A stretch of 64,000 nt of DNA from Mustelus asterias. Taxonomy: Eukaryota. Position numbers and translations under genes: made by a program. Under the pieces are notes generated by a model. The model had not been told where the DNA came from, searched no databases, and worked only from the letters and a program-made list of their open reading frames with translations. Below, one piece after another: positions 1-13,589 of the stretch. Within the stretch, counting starts at the first letter, position 1, and every line of letters starts with the position of its first letter. Where the stretch lies: contig NC_135817.1 in assembly GCF_964213995.1 (NCBI RefSeq), forward strand, positions 70,866,001 through 70,930,000. Reading direction: 5' to 3'.

Positions 1-690
1 GTCATAACTAACATAAAGGAAGATGGTTGTGGTTGTTAAATGTCAGTCATCTTAGTCCCAGGACATCACTGTATGAATTCCTCAGGGTAGTGTCCTAGGT
101 TCAACCATCTTCAGCAGCTTCATCAATGACCTTCCATCCATCATAAGGTCAGAAGTGGGAATGTTTGCTGATGATGGCACAATGTTCAACACCATTCAAA
201 ATTCCTCAGATACGGAAATAGTTCTTGTTCACATGTAGCAAGATCTGGACAATATCCAGGCTTGGGCTGACAAGTGACAAGTGACATTCACACCACACAT
301 GTGTCAGGCAATGACCATCACCAATAAGAAAATCCAAACATCTTTCTTTGACATTCAAGAGCATTGCCATTGCTGAATCCCCACCACCATTGCCCAGGAA
401 CTGAACTGGGCTAGCCATATAAATATTGTGGCCACAAGGGCAGGTCAGAGGTTAGGAATCCAATGGCATAAAATCTTTTCTCCTGACACCCCAAAGTCTG
501 TCCACCATCTACAAGGCAAGAGTCAGGAGTATGATAGACTATAATCCACTTGTCAGAATGAGTGCAGCTCTAACCATACTCAAGGAACTTAATACAAACC
601 AGGGCAAAGCTTAACTGGCACTGCATTCACCCGTTCAACATTAATTCCATTCATCTCCGACCCACAGTGGCAGCAGTGGGTGCCAGGCTG
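1..690 (+). mobile_element. Degraded CR1/L2-group LINE RT fragment
   Basis: cctcagggtagtgtcctagg...atcaatgacctt...atgtttgctgatgat encodes PQGSVLG/INDL/FADD; paralogous to 12670-13370. Confidence 0.8.
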
Positions 691-876
691 ATTGGGAACT
701 AGTTCTCAGTTGACCATGGCATATGCGCTATGTGTGCTTTCTGCAAACTGCGGAATTGGCATATACATGGTGCGTGCTTTCTGCATATACTTTTTTTGTG
801 GAAAAGGTAAGCGAAAACTTTATGTGATGATATATTAGAAACTAAATTATATACTTACTGTTCTGTGTTTTTGGTG

Positions 877-2697
877 AAGACAGGGTTAAGGAGAATCCCA
901 AGGCTTTTTATGCGTATATAAGGAGGAAGAAGCAGCTAGGGAAAGATCCACTCAAGGTCAGTGGAGGGAATTTGTGTGTGGAGGCAGATGAGGTGGGTCA
1001 GGTCCTTAATGAGTACTTTGCATCAGTATTCACAAAGGAGAAGGATGTGGTGGATGGTGAGTGTGGAAAGGAATATGTTGACATTCTAGGACATGTTGAG
1101 ATAAAAAGGGAGGAAGTATTGGAGGTTTTGAGAAACATGAATGTGGACAAGTCCCCAGGGCCTGTTAGTCTATCCCAGAATACTGAGAGAGGTGAGTAAA
1201 GAAATTGCTGAGGCCTTGGCCAAAATCTTGGTATCCTCTTTAGCCATGGGTGAGGTACCAGCGGATTGTAGCTAACATTGTTCCTCTGCTTAAGAAGGGC
1301 AGAAGAGACAATCCGGGAAATTACTGTGAGCCTTACATCAATAGTGGGGAAATTATTGGAGAAGATTCTTAGGATCAGGATATACTCACACCTGGAAGAG
1401 AATAAGCTTATTAGCGATAGGCAGCATGGTTTTGTGAAGGGGAGGTCGTGTCTCACAAAATTGATTGAGTTCTTTAAGGAAGTGATAAGAAAAATTGACC
1501 AGGGCAGGGCAGTGGATGTTATATACATGGACTTTAGTAAAGCCTTCAATAAGGTTCCTCATGGCAGGCTGATGCAGAAGGTGAAGTCATATGGGATCCG
1601 AGGTGAGCTGGTAAGATGGACACAAAACTGGCTTGGGCATAGAAAGCAGAGAGTAGCAGTGGAAGGGTACTTTTCTAACTGGAGGCCTGTGACAAGCAGT
1701 GCTCCACAAGGATCAGTGCTGGGACCTCTGTTGTTTGTAATATATATAAATGGTTTGAAGGAAAATGTATGTTGTCTGATTTGTAAATATGTAGATGGTA
1801 CAAAATTTGGGAGGGTAGCAGATAGTGAGGAGAGTTGTCAGAGGATACAGCAGGATATAAATCAGCTGGAGACTGAAAGATGGCAGATGGAATTTAACCC
1901 CGACAAATGTGAGGTGATGCGATTTGGAAGGCTTATTGCAGAAGGAAAGTATGCAGTAAATGGTAGAGCCCTTAGAAATATTAGCTACAGAGGGATCTAG
2001 ACGTGCAGATCCACATTTCCCTGAAGCTGACCACTCAGGTGGACAAGGTGGTGAAGAAGGCGTATGGTATGCTGGCCTTCATCGGTCTGGGCATTGAGTA
2101 AAGGAATTGGAGAATCATGTTGCAGCTGTATAAGACTTTGGTTAGGCTGCATTTGGAGTATTGTGTACAATTCTGGTTGCCACACTACTGGAAGGATGTT
2201 GATGCATTGGAAAGGGTGCAGAAGAGATTTAACAGGATGTTTCCTGGTTTGGAGGATATGGACTATGAAGGAAATTTGAACAAACTTGGATTGTTTTCAC
2301 TGGAGCGTCAGAGGATGAGGGGAGACCTGATAGAGGTTTACAAGCTTATGACAGTCTTGGATAGAGTGGATGGTCAGTTTTTTTCCACGGGTTGAAGGGT
2401 GAAGTATTTGGGGGCATAAGTTGAAAGTGAGAGGGGGTAAGTTTAAAAGAGATGTAAGGGACAAGTTTTTCACGCAGAGGGTGGTGAGTGCCTGGAACGC
2501 GCTGCCGGAAGAGATGGTAGAAGCAGATTCTATAACAACGTTCAAGAGGCATCTGGATAGATGCATGAATAGGCAGAGAATAGAGGGATATGGACCATGT
2601 AGAGGCAAGAAGATTTTACATTAGACAGGTAATTGTGACGGTCCAGACTTGGTGGGCCGAAGGGCCTGTTCCTGTACTGTACTGCCTTTTGTTCTTT
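877..2697 (+). mobile_element. CR1 LINE 3' half, frameshifted
   Basis: QHGFVKGRSCLT, MDFSKAF, PQGSVLGPLLF, HLEYCVQFW in several frames; CR1 3' tail ggccgaagggcctgttcctgt...gttcttt. Confidence 0.92.
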
Positions 2698-2825
2698 GTA
2701 GCTGCAAGAATCCTGCATTAGATGCTCCCTGTGTGTTGTAAGCAGAATGCAGTTAGTACTTATTTAGAATGCCTTCACCTGTTAACTGGGTTGGTAGTGG
2801 GTTAGACATTAGCTTTGCAGATTTT

Positions 2826-3154
2826 AGAATCATAGAATCTCAGAATCTCTACAGTGCAGAAGGAGGCCATTCAGCCCATCGAGCCTGCAATGACAACAAT
2901 CCCACCCAGTCCGATCCCCATAACTCCACGTATTTACCCTGCTAATCCCCCCAACACTGAGGGACAATTTAGCATGGCCAATCAACCTGCACATCTTTGG
3001 AGTGTGGGAGGAAACCGGAGCACCCGGAGGAAACCCATGCAGACACAGGGAGAATGTGCAAACTCCACATTGAGAGGCACCCAAGGCCGGAGTTGAACTC
3101 AGGTCCCTAGCGCTGTGAGACAGTAGTTCTAACCACTGTGTCACCATGCCGCCC
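2826..3154 (-). mobile_element. HE1-type V-SINE, CR1-like tail
   Basis: tRNA-derived head with A/B boxes, core gggtttcctccgggtgctccggtttcctccca, tail gatgggctgaatggcctcct. Confidence 0.9.
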
Positions 3155-4096
3155 TTTTGCCCAGGTTGATGAAATGTAACTCCCACCCATCCTTGTGGAC
3201 TATAAAAGCCTTATGCAATGTGAGTAGTCTTTCCTACATTATTGTAAGACTTGATCCTTCGGTTTCAACCCAGTTTCCAGTGGGTAAGGATCCACAGTGC
3301 CAAACCTTCCTCACTTACTTGCCTTCATGTTAAAAATAAAAGACATCCTGGACCCACAGAATAAGTGCCAGTTGAATATGGCACAACATTAAACCTTTGC
3401 TACCTAGGATACAGAAACATATGTGATGTCACAGCATTTGTTATCCTGAGGCCTGGATGAATAATCTGGAAGATAAATCCCATCATGCAGCTGGAGAATT
3501 TATATCCCATGAATTTAATTAGGTTAAAATTCTGGAACCATTAACCACGAGATTGTTGTAAAAACCAACCTGCTTTACTAGTGCCCTTTAGGGGATGAAA
3601 TCTTTGTATGATTGTGTGTAAGCGTGTTCCTGGTGCAGCTTGCTACTTTTTATTCATAGACAGGCAGTATTAGGCCTACACTGTGCAACATCGAATGCCC
3701 TGTGGGGGAGGGTAGCAAGACCACGCAGGTAGATCGTGACTGTCGAAAAGGTAGATCTCAAGTTACTAAAGTCTGGGCACGCCTGCTCTACAAGGTGCAC
3801 TGCAGCAACTCACCAAGGCTCCTTCGACCGCTGTCCTTCCAAACCTGTGACCTCTGCCACCTAGAAGGACAAGAGCAGCAGATACAGATTCCACCACCTG
3901 CAAATTTCCCTCCAAGCCACGCAGCATCCTGATTTGGATCTATACCGTATACCTTCATAATTGCTTAGCCCAAATCCTGGAAATCCCTTCCTAACAGCAC
4001 TGTGGGTGTACCTGTATCATCAGAGTTCAAGAAGACAGCTCACCACCACCTTCTCAAGGGCAATTAGAAGTGGGCAATAAATGCAGGCCTAGCCTG

Positions 4097-4341
4097 AGGT
4101 CACGTATCAACCAACTCAAGAACAGCTTCTTCTCTGCTGCCATCAGACTTTTGAATGGACCTACCTTGCATTAAGTTGATCTTTCTCTACACCCTAGCTA
4201 TGACTATAGCACTACATTCTGCACTCTCTCGTTTCCTTCTCTATGAACGGTATGCTTTGTCTGTATAGCGAGCAAGAAGCAATACTTTTCACTGTATACC
4301 AATACATGTGACAATAATGAGTCAAATCAAATCAAATCAAA
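4097..4341 (+). mobile_element. Rex1/Babar LINE 3' end
   Basis: accaactcaagaacagcttcttc (RLKNSFF-like) followed by the family 3' UTR and (TCAAA)n tail; same as 47380-47627. Confidence 0.8.
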
Positions 4342-5259
4342 AGCCAGAGATGCACACACCTAGTGAAAGAATTTTAAAAACATTTCTTTGCAATATAATG
4401 AAAAAATGAGAAGGTGCATACATGGCACTGTGAACTAGAACTTAGCATATCAGCATGATGGATATTATTCTTCCTAAATGTGTTTATTGAGTTAAAAACT
4501 TAATTAAAGGTCTCGGTTTACAACAAAAGGGGAAGTTTGTGGATTACTAGGAGACAGCTCGGTGGGGCAGTCACATAAATCAAGCCCTATCTGCTCGGAA
4601 AGATGGGCTAGTTTAAAAATAGTTGCTTAGTTTCCTGGTTGGGTGCTGCAATTCATTTACGACATGATGATCAACAGATAAGAAAGAAAGATAGTGATAA
4701 AATCTGCAGTTAATTTTAGCCACATCAATTGAGGTACCAGTGAGGGAGGGAATGCTGCTTTTATTGGCCTTGATTGCAAGGGGGCTGGAGTATGAAAGTT
4801 AAAGGTAAAGTTGCCATAGTGACCATAGGCTGCTCTTCCTTTGAGGTGATTTAACCTGAGGATCATCGTACTGCAGGCAAGGGGCAAGGTTCAGAAGGCA
4901 GGATTTCATGAATAACCTCAGCTGGTACAGGAATTGAACCCACGCATCGGCCTGCATCAGGTACAGCAACTTCCAGCGAACTGAGCTACACTATGGATCC
5001 CCAGGGCTGGTGAATCTGGGGTCTTGGACAAGGAAGGGCTCTCGAAGAAGTTTGTAAGAGAATTGGGCCACCTACTCCTGCTCGCCTTCCCACACCAAAC
5101 ATTTTAAGGCACGGACAGCGTATTACCAGAGTCAATTGGCTTGATAACAAGTCTACCTGAACCTTGGCTATTTATTCCAATATGGTGAACAGGTTGCCAA
5201 TTTTGGTGGTGGAAAGGTGGTGGGGAGAACACCTGACTTATTTACATGCCCCCCCCCAC

Positions 5260-5392
5260 CACACCTCTACCCCTGCTGCCATCCCCTCCGCCACCTCTAC
5301 CCCTGCCCCGATCTCCTCCCCCTCCTCTACCCCTGCCCCTATCCCCTCCCCCACCTCTACCCCTGCCCCTATCCCCTCCCCCACCGTCTCCC
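5260..5392. repeat. 30-bp C-rich minisatellite, about 4 copies
   Basis: Unit cacctctacccctgcccctatcccctcccc repeated. Confidence 0.85.
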
Positions 5393-5963
5393 CTGTCAAA
5401 AACACACCTGGCGGTGACAGGTAAAATGTAGCCTAATGTTTTCCCTTGTCGGGAAATATTGAAATATGGGGCACAGTTTAAGCATAAAGGTTGTCCTGTT
5501 TAAGTAGGAGCTGAGGAGGAATTTCTTCTCCCCCGTGGTTTATAATGTTTGGAATTCTCCTCCCCCTGTGGGCAGTGGAGGCTGGGTCTTGGAATATATT
5601 CAAAGCTGAGCTCGACAGATTTCTGTCCGACAAGGGAGTTAAGGCATTATGGGGGAATGGGCAAGAAAATAGAGTTTAGGCCACAATCAGGTCGGCTATG
5701 ATATAATTGAATGGTGGAGCAGACTTGAAGGACCAAGTGGCCTATGTCTGCTCCTATCACATTCCTATGTTCTGATTTTTTTTGGAAGTGCTGACCTTTG
5801 ATGAGACATTAAATCAAGAGTCCATCTCAAATGGATTTAAAAGAGGCCTCCACATTATGCAAAATAACAGCAGCAAGTCCTTCTGGGATAAGAACAGGAA
5901 ATGCTGAAAGTACTCAGCAGGTCAGGCAGAATCTAAGGGGAGTAATTGCTTCATGTTAATGAA

Positions 5964-6310
5964 GCGGCACGGTGGCACAGCGGTTAGCACTGCTGCCTCA
6001 CAACGCCAGGGACCCAGGTTCAATTCCAGCCTCGGGTGACTGCCTGTGTAGAGTTTGCACGTTCTCCCTGTGTCTGCGTGGCTTTCCTCCGGGTGCTCCT
6101 GTTTCCACCTGCACTCCCAAAAGGTGTGCGGGTTAGGTGGGTTGGCCGTGCTAAATTGCCCCTTAGTGTCCAAAGGTGTGTAGTTAGGGAGAATTAGCCA
6201 TGGTAAATGCCCAGGGGAGGGCCTGGGTAAAGATGCTCTATTGGAGATCCTATGCAGACTCAATGGGCCGAATAGCCCGTTGCACTGTAGGGAATTCTGG
6301 GATTCTACCC
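5964..6310 (+). mobile_element. HE1-type V-SINE, CR1-like tail
   Basis: ggcacggtggcacagcggttagcactgctgcctca head, V core and tail. Confidence 0.9.
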
Positions 6311-9295
6311 TATGATGTTTCATCAAAACTGGGGAAAATATAAGTTGCAGTAGGTTTTAACGAAGTGAAAAGGGGAGGGTTAGAAAAAGGACTGAAGGAG
6401 AAGATCCATGATAGAGTGGAAGGAGGGAGAGATTAAATGACAAAAAGGTTCAGTGATGTCAGGCCAAAGGGAGTGGGAGGGAGAAGCAAAGAAACAAAAA
6501 GATGTGTTTACGTGTCCTGATGAAAGAACACTAATCGGAATCCTTAACCCTGTCTCTTTCGCCACAGATGCTGTCAGGCATGCTGAGCATTTCCAGCGTT
6601 TTCCGTTTTTATTTCAGATTCCAGGCACCTTTGGTATTTTGCTTTAACATTCTATGTCTAGAGGAGGTGTGAATGGCAGAATGATGAATAGCTGCTGTCC
6701 AAGTAAGAAAACAAAGGAAAAACAAGAGATTAATTTTAAAACCAGCAAAGGAAAGAAGCAGAGGTTACAACCTAAAATTGTTGAGTTCCGAAGGCTGTCG
6801 AGTGCCTTATTGAAAGCTGAGGTACCTTTCCTTGGGCTTCATTGGAACATTGCGGGAGGCTGAAGAAAGAGGAGTAAGAGTGGGAGCAAGATGTAGAATT
6901 GAAATTCACAGGAGACCAGGCCATGGGAAAGATCTTGAGGGGACTTAACTGGCCAATATGTACCACAAACTACTGTGAATGCTGGAATCTGAAACAGAGC
7001 TCTGATGAAGGGTCTATTCTCCCTCCACAGATGCTGTCAGACCTTGCTGAGGTTTCACAGCATTTTCTGTTTTTGTTTCGGATTCCAGCATCCGCAGCAA
7101 TTTGCGTTTATCCCAGCAATATCTCCATCCTCATTGGACCAAAAATGTCCTGGTCAAGGGGGTTTGATGGATCACATTCCAGAACTTCCTCCTCCTGCTT
7201 ATCCTTTATCTTAACATTATCCCAATCAATCCTTGGGTAATTAAAGTTCCTCATTATTACCACTCTTGCACACCTCTGTGATTTCCCTGCGGATTTGCTC
7301 CTCTATCCCTCTCCCACTATCCGGAGACCTGTGGAGTAATTCTGACCATGGGATCATCCCCTTTTCACTTCTCAACACTAACCAAATGGATTCTGTCTTT
7401 GCCCCTGGAGGACATCCTCTCTTTCTAACCCTACCATATCTTCACTAATCAGCCCTGCCCCACACCTCCCATCTTTCCTTCCCAATCTTTTCTGAGGACT
7501 TTATATGCTTGAATAAAAAGTGTCCAGCTCTCACCACTTTTACAGAGCGAGACTGCGGATAGTTGGGAACCTGTCTCGGGGGCAGGGAATTCAGATGGTG
7601 TTCGTAAAGCAGAAGTGGAAATGAATAGGGTTGGGAAGCATTTTCTGATCAGGGCCAGTGTGATCTCCTGGACTCGTTTCGATCGCCTCAGGGGGTCGGA
7701 GAGGAATTTCCCAGATTTTTTTTTCCCCATATTGGCCCTGGGGTTTTCACTCTGGGTTTTCGCCGCTCCCTGGAGATCACATGGTCTGGAATGGGGGGGT
7801 GGGGGTGAGTTAATAGGTTGTGATGAACAAAGCATCGTAGCTGTGAGGGACAGCTCGGTGGATAGGATATTAGGATGTAGATAGGCTGGAAAATTGGGCG
7901 GGGATCCTGGATTCAGGATTCAATCCTGGACCGGGGAGCGGCGCGGGCTTGGAGGGCCGAAGGGCCTGTTCCTGTGCTGTATTGTTCTTTGTTCTTTGAG
8001 CCAAGTTTCATTATTGCACTAAAGCATAGTCACATGACTACTTCTTCTTGATTTCACCAGTGTTATTCATCACTTGTTTGGCTACATCTACTCTAAACTA
8101 ACTCATAATGGTTCACAATCCCTTTAAGTAGCACTAGTGTGTGACTCTCCCTGCCATTTAACAGTTGCTGGATAGTAAGAGGCTGGGGCATGGCATTCGA
8201 AAATGGCAATGCTGGCATCAAGTCAGCTTTGCACAACGATTGACGATTTGTTATCGTCATTGTGGGTCTTAGATTTTGTTCATGGTCTGGATTTGTAGAT
8301 AATGCTGGAGGCAAAGCCTTTGATAAACTTTACCGGAGCACCCGGAGGAAACCCATGCAGACATGGGGAGAACGTGCAAACTCCACACAGACAGTGACCC
8401 GAGGCTGGAATTGAACCTGGGTCCTGGGAACTGTGAGGCAGCAGTGCTAATCCACTGTGCCATATATGGCTTTGCCCAGTGTCACCCTCATCCTGGCTTC
8501 AAATTGTAGAAACAAATCATGGAGAGCTGATGAAACTATGGTCAGGAAACTAAGACCACAGAACTTAGCATGTGGCATGCTAACTGACCTAAATTATCTC
8601 CTAGTTTAGCAAGATTCCCATTTTAAAATTCTCACCCTTGTTTTTAGGTCCCTCCACTGCCTTGTCCTTCCATCCCCCTGTAACCCCCTTCCAGCCAAAC
8701 TATCCTCTGAGATCTCTCTGCTCACCCCAGTTACGGCCTCATCTTTTCAAAATCTGTCATTGGCAGCCATCCCTGTTCATTAAGATCTGGAATTCTCTAC
8801 CTAATTCCCTTTGTCTCTCCGCCTCCCCGAAATCTACCTCTTTGACCAAGCTTCTGCTCAGCTTATCCTGATCCACATATCTCCTTATATGTCTGAAGCA
8901 CTTTGGGGCATTTCTGTATGTTCAAGGTGCTGTATAAATTCAAGTTGCCGTCAATTGTGGCATTTCAGGGAGTAAGTGATTTGTGTAATTCACATTCAAA
9001 AAGCACTTTCCTCTACATGCGTTAGCACTCTCAGGCGAGTTGCCAACGAGGCTGGTACAGGTATCAGCTTTTGTCTGATTTAACTGGGTCACTGCACCGC
9101 AAGTGGCATAAATAACGTGGGGTTTTTTTTAGAAGAGGAAGTTCTGGACAATCAGGAACTACATGTGAAATGTGAATGTGCAGCACTATATCTTTACAAT
9201 GGACGTTATGAAGAAGAAAAGAATGATTTGCTTTTATATAGCACTGTTCACACCCTCAGGACATCCTGAAGCACTTTTTTTTCTCTTTATTCATT

Positions 9296-9597
9296 TTAAG
9301 TTTATTTATTAGTGTCACAAGTAGACTTACATTAACACTGCAATGATGTTACTGTGAAAATCCCCTAGTTGCCACACTCCAGCACCTGTTCGGGTACACT
9401 GAAGGAGAATTTAGCATGGCTAATGCACCTAACCAGCGCGTCTTTCGGACTGTGGGAGGAAACCGGAGCACCCGGAGGAAACCCACGCAGACACGGGGAA
9501 AACGTGCAGACTCCGCACAGACAGTGACCCAAGCCGGGAATCGAACCCAGGTCCCTGGCGCTGTGAGGCAGCAGTGCTAACCACTGTGCCACCGTGC
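9296..9597 (-). mobile_element. V-SINE with alternative tail (cacagtaac...aataaataaac)
   Basis: Same head and core, different 3' 80 bp. Confidence 0.9.
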
Positions 9598-10273
9598 TAC
9601 TCACAGTGGAGCAGGAGCGTCGCTGGCTGAGCCAGCATTTATTGCCTGTCCCATTTGAGAGTCAACCACATTGCTGTGGATCTGGAGTCTCATGTAGGCC
9701 AGACCAGGTAAGGATGGCAGATTTCCTTCCCCAAAGTAGATTAGTGAACCAGATGGTTTTTTACAACAATCGACAATTGTTTCATGGTCACCGTTTTAAT
9801 TCCAGATTTTTATTGAACTCAAAAGATCACCATCTGCCATGATGGGAATTGAACCCAGATTTCTAGATTACAAGTTCAGGGACAAAGCCACTACGCCACT
9901 GCAGCCGATGAAATACTTTTGAAATGGAGTCACTGTTATAATGTAGGAAATGTAACAATGTTACAATGTTTTAACAATATCACATCTTCCCATGAAGGCT
10001 CAGTGAAATTATCAGATGACCAGGGCATTCCCAGGTTTGATCCCCAGCCCGTACTGTGCCAAATGACTGTGGTCAGGAGCATTACAATTACCCTCAGTTG
10101 GGAAGAGGAAAGTCAACCAGATCTCTAACTCCTGTTTATTATCCGGTGAATTCTGCTAAAAATGTACAAGGTAATGTTGAATAAGAACAGCCTTACTAAC
10201 ATCTGGGGGCTTGTACCAAAATTGGGAGAGCTGTCCCACAGACAAGTCAAGCAACCGCCTGACATTGTCATAC

Positions 10274-11585
10274 TGTAAAAATGCTCACTAGTTTGGGGAA
10301 AACACAACTTATTTATTTGCAGGTTAAAACTATACAGAGGCTGGCAGCCCCATGGCTGCAATCAGCTCCCAAGAGTATAGAAGCCTGTCTTTACCCCAAT
10401 CTGCTTCCCGATTGGTTCCCCAAGTCACGTGACCCTTACTTCATGAGACAATCACTACATACCTCCCCCTCTAAATCTTTTTATACAAATGTCAATGCAC
10501 AATTTACACAGTCCAAGATAATTAAACATTTAGTACATGAATTTAGTCAATTATAAGTCAAATCTTTCAGGGGGTTTCCGAATCCTTGTGGAGTGGTGTA
10601 GCTCTTCCGTCTGGGGCAACTCCACAAGATTGCTGTCAACCCAAACCATAATGACAAGCGCCTTCTCAGACACCAGCATTTCAGTTGTATCTGTTTCCAT
10701 GGAGTTGTCAATTGTGCCTGTAATAGAATGGCCAGGTACTTCAGTGTTACTACAGTCAGTAACATTTCCTGATGGCAATATACTTCCTGATGCCGTAACT
10801 GGCTGCTATGCCGTTCTCTTTTTGTCAAATGATCTATACGTTTTCAGATGATTTTGCCTTCTATGTCCACTTGATAAGACAGGGGTCCAGTTTTAGACAC
10901 AACAATTCCAGGGACCCAACTCGACCCACTACTCAAAATCCCTCACACACACGGCGTCATCCATGATAAACCACTGTGTTGACTGACATGAATGATGACT
11001 TGCTTTCTGACTGCTTTGGCTGGGCTCTATCCTCCCCGGCAACTTTTGAAACATGAGGCGTCCTGAGACATCGGTTCATTAACAACTCAGCTGGCGGGAT
11101 TCCCATTGTTGCATGTGGAGTGGTCCGGTAGCCAAGAAGGAAGCGTGAAATTCTGGTCTCCAGAGTTTCTCCTGACTGTTCCTTTAGGCCAGACTTCAAA
11201 ATTTGGTTGGCTTGCTCAGCCAGTCCATCGGGGAGTGGTGAACTTTCGGAATTCAGCACTTGTGAATACTGTTCTGTTGTCGGACACTATTACTTCAGGT
11301 ATTCCGTGGGTGGAAAAAAACTGGCATAATCTTTCAATGGTAGTCTGTGAGGTAATCTCCCTCCACTTAGAGTATGCATTCCATGTATTGTGTCCAGTCT
11401 TCCGTAGAGTAGTCAAATGGATCTATCAGTCCAAAGAGGGAAATCTTGCTAAGTACTCTTTTCTTTTCACATCTCCACTCAACTAAATGTAAACTGAATA
11501 CTCACAGTCTCCAAATGTAAAGATGCTCATTCACCAGTTTAGGGAAAACACGACTCATTTATTTACAGGTTAAAACTATCAAGAG
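10274..11585 (-). mobile_element. Internally deleted Ty3/Gypsy LTR retrotransposon
   Basis: Direct repeats at 10274-10340 and 11516-11585; 3' LTR about 10274-10459 (TG..CA on minus); PPT at 10462-10472; PBS-like TTTGGAGAC next to the 5' LTR; integrase remnants FSTHGIPEVIVSDN..FTSAEF, GLAE, FLLGYRTTPHAT. Confidence 0.85.
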
Positions 11586-12013
11586 TTGCCTTGGGAGTCC
11601 TCAACATTGATTGCAGAAGTCTCAGGTCAAACATGGGGTAAAGATATCGCCTGTTGATTACCATATACTGCAACCCTTTCCTCCACCAATTGATGAATCA
11701 GTACTCCTCTGCGTTGGACACTACTTAGAGGAAGCACTGATGGTGGTAAGAGCAGAGAATGTACTCTGGGGGATTTCAATGTCTATCACCAAGAGTGGCT
11801 CAGTAGTACCACTACTGACCTGAGCTGATTGAGTCCTAAAGGACATAGCTGCTAGACTGGGTCTGCGGTAAGTGGTGAGGGAACCAGCAAGAGGCAAAAA
11901 CATACTTGACTTCATTGTGGCCAAACTGTCTTCATGTTGAGGATACCCTCCATTGTGTTGTGTGGCACTGCCACTGTGCTAAATGGAGTCAATTTCGAAT
12001 AGATCTAGCAACC

Positions 12014-12396
12014 TGATTTGATTTGATTTGATTTGATTTTGATTTGATTTATTATTACCGCATGTATTAGCATACAGTGAAAAGTATTGTTTCTTGCGCG
12101 TATACAGACAAAGCATGCTGTACATAGAGAAGGAAAGGAGTGCAGAATGTAGTGTTACAGTCATAGCTAGGGTGTAGAGAAAGATCAACTTAATGCAAGG
12201 TAGATCCATTCAGAAGTCTGATGGCTGCAGGGAAGAAAATGTTCTTTTGTCGGTTGGTACATTACCTCAGACACTTGTATCTTTTTCCCGAAGGAAGAAG
12301 GTGGAAGAGAGAATGTCTGGGGTCCGTAGGCTCCTTAATTATGCTGGCTGCTTTGCCAAGGCAGGAGAAGTGTAGACAGAGTCAATGGATGGGAGG
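12014..12396 (-). mobile_element. Rex1/Babar LINE 3' end
   Basis: (TTTGA)n tail and the same 3' sequence as 33000-33260. Confidence 0.82.
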
Positions 12397-13589
12397 CACT
12401 GTGGGCCATCAGCAGCAGCACAATTCTACTCAACCATAATCTGTAACCTCATAGCCTAGCATATCCTCCACTCTACCATTACCACAAAGCCAAGGATCAA
12501 CACTGGCTCAATGTAGAGTTCATGAGGATGAAAGAGCTCCAGAGGTGAGGTAAGCGTGACTGCCCTTGACATCAAGAAAGCATTTGACTGAGTGTGGCAT
12601 CAAGGAGCCTGAGCAAAGCTGCAGTCAATAGGAATCAGGGGGAAAGCTGGTTGGAGTCACACCTGGCACAAAGGAAGATGGTTGTGGTGTTTGGAGGTCA
12701 ATCATCTCAATTCCAAGACACCACTGCAGGAATTCCTCAGGGAAGAGTCCTAGGCACAACCACCTTCAGCTGCTTCATCAACGACCTTCTTTCCATCATA
12801 AGGTCAGAAGTGGGGGTGTTCCATGATGACTGCATAATGTTCAGTACCATTCGTGGCTCCTCAGATACTAAAGCAGTCCATGTCCATAATTCAGCAAGAC
12901 CTGGACAATATCCAGGCTTGGGCTGAGAAGTGGCAAGTAACATTCGCACCACACAAATGCCAGATAATGACCATTTCCAACAAGAGAGAATCTAACCATC
13001 ACTCTTTGACATTCAATGGCATTACCATTGTTGAATACCCCTACTGTGGTATACTTTCAACATCCTGGGCGTTACCATTGACCAGAAACTGAACTGGACT
13101 AACCATATAAATACTGTGGCTACCAGAGCAGGTCTGACATTAGGAATCCGGCAGTGACTAACTTACCCCAGACTCCCCAAAGCCTGTCCACCCACAAGAC
13201 CCAAATCAGGAGTGTGATGGAATACTCTGTCCTTCCCTGGATGGGTGCAACTCCAATAACACGCAAGAAACTTGACACCATCTAGGACAAAGCAGCCCAC
13301 TTTATTGACACCCGATCTGCAAACATTCATTCTCTCCACCACCAATGCACTGTGGCAGCTGTGGGTACCATCTACAAGATGCACAGCAGCCTCTAACCAA
13401 ACTTGTCCTGTGGCAGCACTTCCCAAATCCACAATCACTCCCATCTAGAAGGACAAGGGCAGCAGACACGTGGAACCACCACCACCAGGAGATTCTCCTC
13501 CAAGTAACTCACCATCCTGACTTGGAAATATTTTGCTGTTCCTTCAGTGTCGCTGGGTCAAAATCCTGGAATTGTTCCCTAACAGCATG

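Noticed and set aside
9000-9200. ETS/PU.1-like motif cluster (gaggaagt, acttt cct) as an enhancer
   Set aside because: Short motifs occur by chance; no conservation or chromatin data available.
9365-9604. Recurrent ORF VAQWLALLPHSARD...CLRGFPPGAPVSSH (many copies)
   Set aside because: Chance translation of the V-SINE, not a gene family.
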